Assembly (NCBI GenBank): GCA_023261595.1
Contig: JAHFOQ010000003.1
Coordinates: 1-51,885 of the forward strand
Length of the DNA stretch: 51,885 nucleotides
Direction of reading: 5' to 3'
From: a bacterium
GTDB lineage: Bacteria; Patescibacteriota; Saccharimonadia; CAILAD01; BJGX01
Within the stretch, counting starts at the first letter, position 1; each line of letters starts with the position of its first letter. The notes below the pieces were generated by a model, which was not told the DNA's origin, ran no database searches, and was given only the letters and a program-made list of their open reading frames with translations. The translations under genes and the position numbers were made by a program. Below, one piece after another: positions 1 to 7,330 of the stretch.

Positions 1-1558
1 TTTGCCCAATTACATTTGCTTTTAAGCTTGCTTCAAGTTTCTTAAGAGCTTCAGTTTCTATCTTAATAAGCTTGGTAAGTGGAATGCCGGTGGTCTGATT
101 AATTACCACAGCAATGTCTTCAGCACTAATACTTATTTCTTTTTTCTTACCTTGTTTTTTATCAAGCTCTGCAATTTGCTTTTCTAATCTGCTCGCCTCG
201 GCCTTTAGTTTGGCAGCGTGCTCAAAGTCTTGATGATACACTGCATCATCTATCTTTGCGGTTAAAGTTTCGAGTTTCGCCTGCAATGTTCGTTGTGGTT
301 TGCTCGTACCTCCCTTGGCAATGCGTGCCTGTGCAGCCGCTTCGTCGATAAGATCGATAGCTTTGTCGGGCATAAATCTATCACTTACATACCGTTTAGC
401 CAGTTTTGCAGCTTGTTCGATAGCTTCATCCGAGATTACGACATGGTGGAATTCTTCGTAGCGTGGTCGCAAACCCTGTAAGATTTCGATAGTTTCGTCT
501 ATTGTTGCTTCTGGTACTTGTACTGGTTGAAAACGTCGCTCTAAAGCAGAATCTTTTTCGATGTACTTACGATATTCTTCGAGCGTGGTTGCGCCAATGG
601 TTTGTACCTCACCTCTCGCGAGAGCTGGTTTTAAAATGTTGGCTGCATCAATAGCCCCTTCTGCAGAGCCTGCCCCTACTACGTTATGAAGCTCATCGAT
701 AAACAAAATAACATCATCCGCACCAGAGGCTTCATCGATAATTTTCTTGAGTCGTTCTTCAAATTCACCCCGAAACTTGGTACCTGCAATAACCGATGCC
801 ATATCAAGCATCATAATTCTTTTACCAAGCAATAATTCGGGTACATCTTCTTCGACAACCTTGGTAGCCAAACCTTCAACAATAGCAGTTTTACCAACTC
901 CTGGTTCGCCAATTAAGACAGGGTTATTTTTTGTACGACGATTCAGGATTGAGATCATACGAGCCAGCTGCGCATCTCTTCCAACCATTGGGTCAAGCTT
1001 ACCATCGCGAGCTTTCTGAGTAAGATCAATACTAAAGTGATCAAGTGCAGGAGTCTTTGAGGCCTTACCTCCTTTTCCATTTGGTTCATTGTGCTGAGCA
1101 AACGTATGTGGCTGATTAGCGAGGCTGTTTTCGACATCAGCTCGTAGTTTACTTGGATCAATTTTTAGATCGTGCAAAATAGTCTGCGCCCGTGAGTTCT
1201 TTTGACTCAGGATTGCAAACAGAAGATGTTCGGTTCCCGCATACGCTTGGCCATACTCTTGAGCCATCCGCAAGGCTAAGGTAATAGTTTTCTTTGCGGT
1301 TTCTGACAGATCAACTACACCCTGAGGTGTTGAAGTTGGTTGCCCAAACAAGCCAGGATTTACTTTTTCGAGACTTACACCCGCTTCGGACAATAGCCGA
1401 GCACCAAGTGAATTTTGCGTTTTAACAATACCTAAGAGAAGATGTTCGGTTCCTACATAACTTGCTCCTGTCTGCAGTGCTAATTGGCCAGCAAACTGAA
1501 AAGCTAATTTTGAATTTTGGGTAAATCTTTCAAATACTTCCGGAAAATCTGTATCCAT
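1..1558 (-). CDS. clpC: ATP-dependent Clp protease ATP-binding subunit ClpC (3' end outside window)
   Basis: Hand translation from ATG 1558 (SD AGGAGG upstream): [17 protein letters not shown], two Clp_N repeats ([16 protein letters not shown]), [18 protein letters not shown] Walker A, LFIDELH Walker B. Missing from the ORF track because it runs off the edge. Confidence 0.95.
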   Translation of the reverse strand, partial: MDTDFPEVFERFTQNSKLAFQFAGQLALQTGASYVGTEHLLLGIVKTQNSLGARLLSEAGVSLEKVNPGLFGQPTSTPQGVVDLSETAKKTITLALRMAQEYGQAYAGTEHLLFAILSQKNSRAQTILHDLKIDPSKLRADVENSLANQPHTFAQHNEPNGKGGKASKTPALDHFSIDLTQKARDGKLDPMVGRDAQLARMISILNRRTKNNPVLIGEPGVGKTAIVEGLATKVVEEDVPELLLGKRIMMLDMASVIAGTKFRGEFEERLKKIIDEASGADDVILFIDELHNVVGAGSAEGAIDAANILKPALARGEVQTIGATTLEEYRKYIEKDSALERRFQPVQVPEATIDETIEILQGLRPRYEEFHHVVISDEAIEQAAKLAKRYVSDRFMPDKAIDLIDEAAAQARIAKGGTSKPQRTLQAKLETLTAKIDDAVYHQDFEHAAKLKAEASRLEKQIAELDKKQGKKKEISISAEDIAVVINQTTGIPLTKLIKIETEALKKLEASLKANVIGQ

Positions 1559-1578
1559 AACATCCTCCTTCTATGGGG

Positions 1579-2787
1579 TTACTTATCTTCTTGCGGTTCG
1601 CTCTCTGTTTTTGTGTCTTCTGTATCTTCAGCTGGTTTATCAGTAGCTGAATCTTCTTCGGTAGCAGCACTGAGTAGTGAGTCTTCAAGATCTTTTGTAT
1701 TTACCTTCTTTGGTTCATCAACTGCATCTGCGGTTTCTTCTACATGTGCTTCGTCAGCTCCATCAATGTCTACGCTCCATCCGGTAAGCTTAGCGGCGAG
1801 ACGAACATTTTGTCCTGATTTACCAATTGCTAAGCTCAGCTGATCTTCTGGAACTTTTACCGTTGCTTTCTTTTCTTCTTCGTTAGTCTTTACTTCAATA
1901 ACTTTTGTAGGACTAAGGGCTGATGCAATATATTCTTTTGGATCTTCGCTAAACGGAATAATATCGATCTTTTCATCTCCAATTTCATTCATAACTGCTT
2001 GCACTCGAGATCCACGACCTCCAACGAATGTACCAACTGGATCAACGCCTTCAGTATTACTTTTAACTGCAATTTTTGTGCGAGCACCAGCTTCACGAGC
2101 GATATTAACAATCTCTACACTTCCGCCAGATATTTCAGGTACTTCCATCTCGAAGAGACGACGAATCATTTCTGGATGAGTACGGCTTACTACAATTTGT
2201 GGGCCTTTTAGTGTTTGTTCGACACGAACTACATATACCTTAATTCTCTGACCAGTGTAATAACGTTCATTCGGCAATTGATCATTTGGAAAAAGCACAC
2301 CTACCGCATGACCAAGATCAATATAAACATTTCCACGTTCTACTCTTTGCACTGTACTATTAATAATCTGACCTTCTTTGTCTGAGAATTCCGTAAACAC
2401 AACTTCTCGTTCAGCTTCGCGAATACGTTGCATAATTACTTGCTTAGCAGTCTGAGCGGCTACGCGACCAAAATCGGTATGTGTTTTTTCTTCGTACTCC
2501 ACCATTTCTCCAACTTTTACATCTGGATTAATCTTTTTGGCGTCTTCTAGTGTCATTTGGAGATCTTCAAAACCTTCATCAATCTTCTTCACCACCTCTT
2601 TGCTAATAAAAATACGTGCTGCTCCGGTACTTGGATCGAGTTCGGCACGAACTTCTTGGTCTTTGTCACCATAATCTTTTTTGTAGGCAGCAGCCATAGC
2701 AGCAGCAATAGCTTCTAGTACAGATTCTTTGCTGATGCCTTTTTCTTCACAGATTTGTTCGATGGCTGATATAAATTGGTTTTGCAT
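1579..2787 (-). CDS. nusA: Transcription termination/antitermination factor NusA
   Basis: FGRVAAQTAKQVIMQRIREAERE, S1 and KH domains, AREAGARTKIAV, SLAIGKSGQNVRLAAKLTGW; acidic C-terminal tail. Confidence 0.97.
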   Translation of the reverse strand: MQNQFISAIEQICEEKGISKESVLEAIAAAMAAAYKKDYGDKDQEVRAELDPSTGAARIFISKEVVKKIDEGFEDLQMTLEDAKKINPDVKVGEMVEYEEKTHTDFGRVAAQTAKQVIMQRIREAEREVVFTEFSDKEGQIINSTVQRVERGNVYIDLGHAVGVLFPNDQLPNERYYTGQRIKVYVVRVEQTLKGPQIVVSRTHPEMIRRLFEMEVPEISGGSVEIVNIAREAGARTKIAVKSNTEGVDPVGTFVGGRGSRVQAVMNEIGDEKIDIIPFSEDPKEYIASALSPTKVIEVKTNEEEKKATVKVPEDQLSLAIGKSGQNVRLAAKLTGWSVDIDGADEAHVEETADAVDEPKKVNTKDLEDSLLSAATEEDSATDKPAEDTEDTKTESEPQEDK

Positions 2788-2843
2788 AATGTTATTTGTC
2801 CTTTTCTATTCAATTGTTATTCAGTTGTAGTTAGCGTCTGAAC

Positions 2844-2887
2844 AATAAAGAGCCGGTTGTTTTTTGTTTTAAAACAGTTCCGACTCC
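2844..2887 (-). terminator. Putative leader terminator/attenuator in the nusA 5' UTR
   Basis: Minus strand GGAGTCGG-(23 nt)-CCGGCTCT followed by TTATT, between promoter and start codon. Confidence 0.5.
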
Positions 2888-2913
2888 TTTCTTAGTGTTC
2901 AAACTATGTCTAA

Positions 2914-2943
2914 ATTATATAAAAATTAGCACTCTAATGTCAA
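2914..2943 (-). promoter_or_regulatory. Sigma70-type promoter of nusA-clpC
   Basis: TTGACA (2943-2938), 18-nt spacer, TATAAT (2919-2914). Confidence 0.8.
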
Positions 2944-2952
2944 GAGTGCTAA
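2926..2952. promoter_or_regulatory. CIRCE element (HrcA operator)
   Basis: Exact consensus TTAGCACTC-N9-GAGTGCTAA. Confidence 0.95.
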
Positions 2953-2962
2953 CGAAGTTTTT

Positions 2963-3322
2963 TTAAATCTCAACATTTTGCAAATGATCGATTTCAGGAT
3001 TATTAATATCACCTGAAACAGTAATGACATCTAACCTTGGTTGTTGCCTGGCAAGTTCTTGGTTTTGGCTCAGCCAATATTCGGCAGATAGCTGCATCCG
3101 CCTAAATTTATCTGGAGTTATAGCCCCCACTGCACCACCAAAATCACTTCGGCGACGATATTTTACTTCAACAAATACTAGAGTAGTTTTGTTACTCGCA
3201 ATAATATCAATCTCACAAAACCGATCTTTATAATTGCGCTGTACTATTCTGTAGCCAATATCTACTAAATACTTACACGCAAGTGCTTCGGCATTATTTC
3301 CAACAAAAGTAGTATTCTTCAT
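2963..3322 (-). CDS. yraN: YraN family (UPF0102) endonuclease-like protein
   Basis: GNNAEALACKYL, EIDIIA, LVFVEVKYR, RLDVI motifs; downstream of rnhB as is usual. Confidence 0.9.
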   Translation of the reverse strand: MKNTTFVGNNAEALACKYLVDIGYRIVQRNYKDRFCEIDIIASNKTTLVFVEVKYRRRSDFGGAVGAITPDKFRRMQLSAEYWLSQNQELARQQPRLDVITVSGDINNPEIDHLQNVEI

Positions 3323-3344
3323 TTGTTATTATTATATTTATCAA

Positions 3345-3947
3345 TTAAATAAAGTTCGAGCAGAAGCTTTTTCGGTGTAGATCTGTAAGCCCATGTTTTC
3401 TAATAGCTTCTGTATGCACCTTCGTACCATACCCTACATTTGTCTCGTAACAATATTGTGGATACTGATCGCATAACCTATGCATGTATTCGTCACGTGC
3501 AACTTTTGCTAAAATACTCGCCGCAGCGACACACGCCACATCCCTATCAGCTTTAACTCGAGTTTGGCACATATCAAAATCTGCTAAATAATTCATTGAT
3601 CCGTCTAGAATTACCTGACTAACTTCTAAATTCATTTCTTCTAAAGCTCGTAAATATGCCTCGCGTAAGCTCCAAGCCAACCCAAATGTATCAATTTCGG
3701 TATTCGTTACCCAACCTAAACCATAACCTACGGCTTTTTCTTTTACTAAATAATCTAATTCTTCACGTCTATGCGCAGAGATTAATTTTGAATCACACAA
3801 CTTTAGGCGAGAATGTTTAGGTAAAATAACAACTCCCGCCACTAAAGGTCCTGCCAGTGCACCCCTGCCAACTTCATCAATCCCTGCTACTAATAACGCC
3901 CCATTTTTGCGAAGCAGATTCTCTGTTTTATAGCCTGCTGTTTGCAT
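3345..3947 (-). CDS. rnhB: Ribonuclease HII
   Basis: AGIDEVGRGALAGP, DSK, ILDG, AAASILAKVARD, GYGT, HRKSF. Confidence 0.97.
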   Translation of the reverse strand: MQTAGYKTENLLRKNGALLVAGIDEVGRGALAGPLVAGVVILPKHSRLKLCDSKLISAHRREELDYLVKEKAVGYGLGWVTNTEIDTFGLAWSLREAYLRALEEMNLEVSQVILDGSMNYLADFDMCQTRVKADRDVACVAAASILAKVARDEYMHRLCDQYPQYCYETNVGYGTKVHTEAIRKHGLTDLHRKSFCSNFI

Positions 3948-4001
3948 AGTTCTCCACTTATTTATCTGTATTATACGCCTTTTATTGTAGCAATGATTTA
4001 G

Positions 4002-4030
4002 TTGACGTATTTTAATAATAATGCTAAAAT
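4002..4030 (+). promoter_or_regulatory. Sigma70 promoter of ORFan cassette
   Basis: TTGACG-17-TAAAAT with extended -10 TG. Confidence 0.75.
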
Positions 4031-4079
4031 TTATCTGTTCGCAACCCGCCCGATAGCGGTGTACCCTACAGGAGAAAAG

Positions 4080-4466
4080 ATGGGATTAATAATCGTCGTA
4101 GATGATATTCGTTTGTCAGCTGACAAACGAGCAGTGCATTGTGGTAATACTGATACAGCAATTCAGCTATTCGAAGAATCGCTCAGTCGTGGCGAAGAGA
4201 TTGACCAACTCTGGCTTGATTATGACATGAGTGAAACTCGTGGTATAGGTTGGAGAACAACCATACCACTCGCTCATTGGTTAATTGAAAACCAACAGAG
4301 TCGTACTCCGTTGGTCATTCATCAAATTTTTGTTCATTCTCGCCATAATCATGCAAAAAATCTAATAGGACTACTTACCCCATACTTTGCAGTGAGTGGC
4401 GGTACATTGCCCGACTCTATGTGGTGGGAACAGCCTACAGAAGATGAAACAAGGGGGCAGGCATGA
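4080..4466 (+). CDS. Stand-alone receiver-like protein (cyclic-phosphate processing receiver / cREC type)
   Basis: Start reassigned to ATG 4080 after AGGAG. IIVVDDIR...IDQLWLDYDM...IFVHS resembles the DD-R / LDHDL / VHS-N signature of that family. Confidence 0.65.
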   Translation: MGLIIVVDDIRLSADKRAVHCGNTDTAIQLFEESLSRGEEIDQLWLDYDMSETRGIGWRTTIPLAHWLIENQQSRTPLVIHQIFVHSRHNHAKNLIGLLTPYFAVSGGTLPDSMWWEQPTEDETRGQA

Positions 4467-4726
4467 TTACCATTGGTTTTGTCACTTCAATCAAAGATCC
4501 GCTCAACACCTAACCTGCTGAAGAAGATCCTGACCGTGGATATGATGCTCTTCGTGTCTATACAGTCAGGGCTTACGAAGTAGCATCAATGGATAACAAC
4601 TGCATTGTGCTAAGACTTAAGGACAAAAGACATCAATCCACCAAACTGTTGGTGTTTCACGGTCCAAGCGATGAGATGGAACCTCTACTCGATTACGCCG
4701 ACAATCTACTCAAAAGAAGTGCGTAA
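4463..4726 (+). pseudogene. Small ORF interrupted by in-frame TAA at 4511-4513
   Basis: ATGA overlap with the upstream gene; MITIGFVTSIKDPLNT*PAEEDP...LLVFHGPSDEMEPLLDYADNLLKRSA* in one frame. Confidence 0.55.
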
Positions 4727-4799
4727 ACGATCAGTTGCAAAGCGGACAGATCAAGATCACCCTGATTGAACCAAACTGATAAAGAAAATTTCAGTTTAT

Positions 4800-4825
4800 A
4801 CCCCGACCACTGTCGGGGTTATTTA
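4800..4825 (+). terminator. Rho-independent terminator
   Basis: ACCCCGAC-CACT-GTCGGGGT then TATTT. Confidence 0.7.
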
Positions 4826-4829
4826 TATG

Positions 4830-4858
4830 TTGACTTTTTATAGTTTTTATGCTAATAT
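4830..4858 (+). promoter_or_regulatory. Sigma70 promoter of ORFan cassette
   Basis: TTGACT-17-TAATAT with extended -10 TG. Confidence 0.75.
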
Positions 4859-4902
4859 ACCTTTGTTCTAAGTCGCACATCCACATCTCCCCCGGAGGAA
4901 AC

Positions 4903-5433
4903 ATGATCAACCGAAGACAAGCTCGTTTCGACAGCAGTGGCCATGAGCACGAACCGCTCATCGACAAGGTGAGTGAACTTTGTGCCTTACGCAGTCTGAT
5001 CCAATATGAGTTGGGTTATGGTGGTGTCATAACCAATCTTTCCAGTAGCGAGGTTGAAGTTCGAACCAAGGTACTAAACAAGACCGACTTCACCATCTTC
5101 ACAGGAGAGCCTGAAGAGATGAAACGACTGGTTCGAGTTGCTGCCTTCCATTCCCAGATGCTTGCTCAGCTCAGCCCCTCCGCGTCGGCTGACGTAGTGC
5201 GCGAACTACTTGGTGATCAGGCAGGCAATCCGTTCCTGTTCACCAACCTGGCGCCGCTGGTCATAGGCAACTCTGCCAAGCTCACGTTCTGTGTAGCACT
5301 GGCAGAAGTTCCCGAAGAACGACTCGAGCAGTTCGCGCGCGTCGGCTGGGATGATCTGTTCGCCGCCTTCGAGATGGCCGAGGCCGATGGCCTCAGCTTC
5401 ATCGAAGTGTTCAACCTGCTCGTAGAGGCATAG
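4903..5433 (+). CDS. Hypothetical protein (ORFan, GC-richer than flanks)
   Basis: Start reassigned to ATG 4903 after GGAGG; open frame with its own promoter. Confidence 0.75.
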   Translation: MINRRQARFDSSGHEHEPLIDKVSELCALRSLIQYELGYGGVITNLSSSEVEVRTKVLNKTDFTIFTGEPEEMKRLVRVAAFHSQMLAQLSPSASADVVRELLGDQAGNPFLFTNLAPLVIGNSAKLTFCVALAEVPEERLEQFARVGWDDLFAAFEMAEADGLSFIEVFNLLVEA

Positions 5434-5485
5434 TGTTACAAAACATCTGAGAGTAAACAATGTAAATAATGTGCAATGAACAAAT

Positions 5486-5510
5486 AAGGCCCCGCTATTA
5501 GCGGGGCCTT
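5486..5510. terminator. Hairpin between convergent genes (likely rplS/bidirectional terminator)
   Basis: AAGGCCCCGC-TATTA-GCGGGGCCTT. Confidence 0.75.
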
Positions 5511-5529
5511 CATCTATATATAATTCTAA

Positions 5530-6222
5530 TTATTTCTTATCAGCTTTGTCTACACCTTGTTGAAATTCTTCAGCAGCTTCTTGCTGTTCATCGTTGCCAT
5601 CAGAATTTACTTTTTCATCGACTGGAGCATCTTTTGGTTCATTATCACTAGCAGGAGTGGCATCATCTTCTGCAGCTTTTTTGTCTTCAGACTGAGCAAC
5701 TTCTTCGGTGCTTTCTTCGACCTGTAGAGCTTCATCATTTTTAGCGTCTTTGTCTGCGGTAGCATCAATATCTTTTTTAATTTCAGCTTGTTCTTTTTGT
5801 GCTTCTTTAGTTTTACCTTCGTCTTCAGCAATTTGATTAGCAGTACGGTTATCTGCAACGTTAGTAGCTTCTTTATCGAAGCCCATTTCTGCCAAACGAG
5901 CAGATTTACCACTTCTATCTCGCATATAGCTTAGAAATGCTCGACGTACTTTACTACGTTTCACAACTTGAATCTTCTCTACATTAGGAGAATGTACCAA
6001 CCAGCTCTTTTCTACACCAATACCTGAGGCAATCTTACGAACAGTAATAATAGCTTGCAGGCTACCTGCTTTACTGTACCGAATAACAAGGCCTTCGAAT
6101 ACCTGAATACGGCTCTTTTTACCTTCGGTAATTCTCTGATGTACCCGAACAGTATCACCTGAGTGAATTTCTGGTAACTTGGCCTTTTTCTGGCTGGCTT
6201 CTAGGGTTGCGATAGGATTCAT
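5530..6222 (-). CDS. rplS: 50S ribosomal protein L19 with long acidic C-terminal extension
   Basis: GDTVRVHQRITEGKKSRIQVFEGLVI, TVRKIASGIGVEK, KVRRAFLSYMR; start taken as MNPIAT at 6222. Confidence 0.95.
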   Translation of the reverse strand: MNPIATLEASQKKAKLPEIHSGDTVRVHQRITEGKKSRIQVFEGLVIRYSKAGSLQAIITVRKIASGIGVEKSWLVHSPNVEKIQVVKRSKVRRAFLSYMRDRSGKSARLAEMGFDKEATNVADNRTANQIAEDEGKTKEAQKEQAEIKKDIDATADKDAKNDEALQVEESTEEVAQSEDKKAAEDDATPASDNEPKDAPVDEKVNSDGNDEQQEAAEEFQQGVDKADKK

Positions 6223-6318
6223 AACCCAAATAGTGTAGCACATCTGGTATACTCTGGCAATAGTATTTAGCCATCTGGTAATGTAGTGTTCTAACCAAAT
6301 TAAATTCTCTGTAATTAG

Positions 6319-6347
6319 TTGACTTTTTGCTGTTTTATTGATATAAT
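6319..6347 (+). promoter_or_regulatory. Sigma70 promoter of ORFan cassette
   Basis: TTGACT-17-TATAAT with extended -10 TG. Confidence 0.85.
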
Positions 6348-6395
6348 ACTGTAGTTCTCAATCGAGAAGATTGACAGTACCCGAAAGGTTCCCAG

Positions 6396-6824
6396 ATGAG
6401 CAATGGCATGCAGGTTCGAGTTCCGTACTCCCCACACAACCTCACGATGTGGGTAGATGAAACCAAGGAGAAAGCACCAAAGCTCCGGTTCAAACCTGGC
6501 ATGGTGTTCGTTTACGAAGGCGAGATCATCTTGGTGCAGGCTGCCTTCAGGTTGCAAAAGGATGACAGAGAGTGGCTGTACCAGTGCAATGTCCTCTCGC
6601 GAAGTGTAGATGAAGAAGCCAAGAGGCAGGCGCTATTGCGCGTTGCACACTATACACCACAGAGCGATCCTTCGCCGGTGGTGTACTGGTTGTTTCGTAA
6701 TTCGCTCGATGCCTTCACATATTTCGGTTATCTCCCGCACATCGGCGATGGTCGAATCCTCTCCAACAAAGAATTGATTCAGATGGGTGAGCGTCTCATC
6801 GAAACACCGGTACCTGTCGAGTAA
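6396..6824 (+). CDS. Hypothetical protein (ORFan)
   Basis: 142-aa ORF, GAAAGG SD, dedicated promoter. Confidence 0.75.
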   Translation: MSNGMQVRVPYSPHNLTMWVDETKEKAPKLRFKPGMVFVYEGEIILVQAAFRLQKDDREWLYQCNVLSRSVDEEAKRQALLRVAHYTPQSDPSPVVYWLFRNSLDAFTYFGYLPHIGDGRILSNKELIQMGERLIETPVPVE

Positions 6825-6941
6825 TTTAATACAGGGGGAGTTCACGCTCCCCCGTCCACCAGAATATTTGATATAATTCAAATATTATGGTGGGAATAAC
6901 ATCCCGCTTAGTACCTCACTCCCTACTCCAAAGGAGTAACA

Positions 6942-7289
6942 ATGGCTATCCAAGATAGATATGCCTATGTCGCAAGTGATGATCCATGGCTAGGTCGCCA
7001 AGCTGCGGCTTACCGTGCTCATCAAGCGAGTAGAGGCAAACAAGCTCGACGCCAGCGTGCGCTTATTCGTATCGAGACAAACTTGATCGAAAAACAAGCC
7101 GATCTTGCACTACTTGTGAATCGTTGCAATGAAATTATTCGAGAGCTCGATTCTGGAGAAATGTACCTTGCCGAGCGAGATTCTCTGCTGATTCGTATGC
7201 AAAGAGCGCAAGATGAAATTAAGCTCCTTCGCCAACAGATTAGTAGCTTGCAAAAAGAGGCACAAATTCTGCGTAGCAGACTCAGATAA
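6942..7289 (+). CDS. Hypothetical coiled-coil protein
   Basis: AGGAG SD; heptad-like Leu/Ile pattern; terminator follows. Confidence 0.7.
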   Translation: MAIQDRYAYVASDDPWLGRQAAAYRAHQASRGKQARRQRALIRIETNLIEKQADLALLVNRCNEIIRELDSGEMYLAERDSLLIRMQRAQDEIKLLRQQISSLQKEAQILRSRLR

Positions 7290-7303
7290 TTATGATATTT
7301 TTT

Positions 7304-7328
7304 ACCGAAGCGCTAGCTTCGGTTTTTT
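7304..7328 (+). terminator. Rho-independent terminator
   Basis: ACCGAAGC-GCTA-GCTTCGGT then T-tract. Confidence 0.8.
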
Positions 7329-7330
7329 AT

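Noticed and set aside
293-2211. Short ORFs overlapping clpC/nusA, and similar ones over dnaE, gatAB, ligA and uvrAB
   Set aside because: Antisense or out-of-frame shadows of well-supported genes.
4002-4079. Longer starts in the ORF track (4002, 4849, 6243, 10966, 26831, 35274, 45896)
   Set aside because: They fall within promoter or leader sequence; downstream ATGs have an SD or a -10 at the proper spacing.
4511-4513. Stop-codon recoding or alternative genetic code
   Set aside because: A single TAA; conserved genes terminate normally at TAA, TAG and TGA, so code 11 fits.
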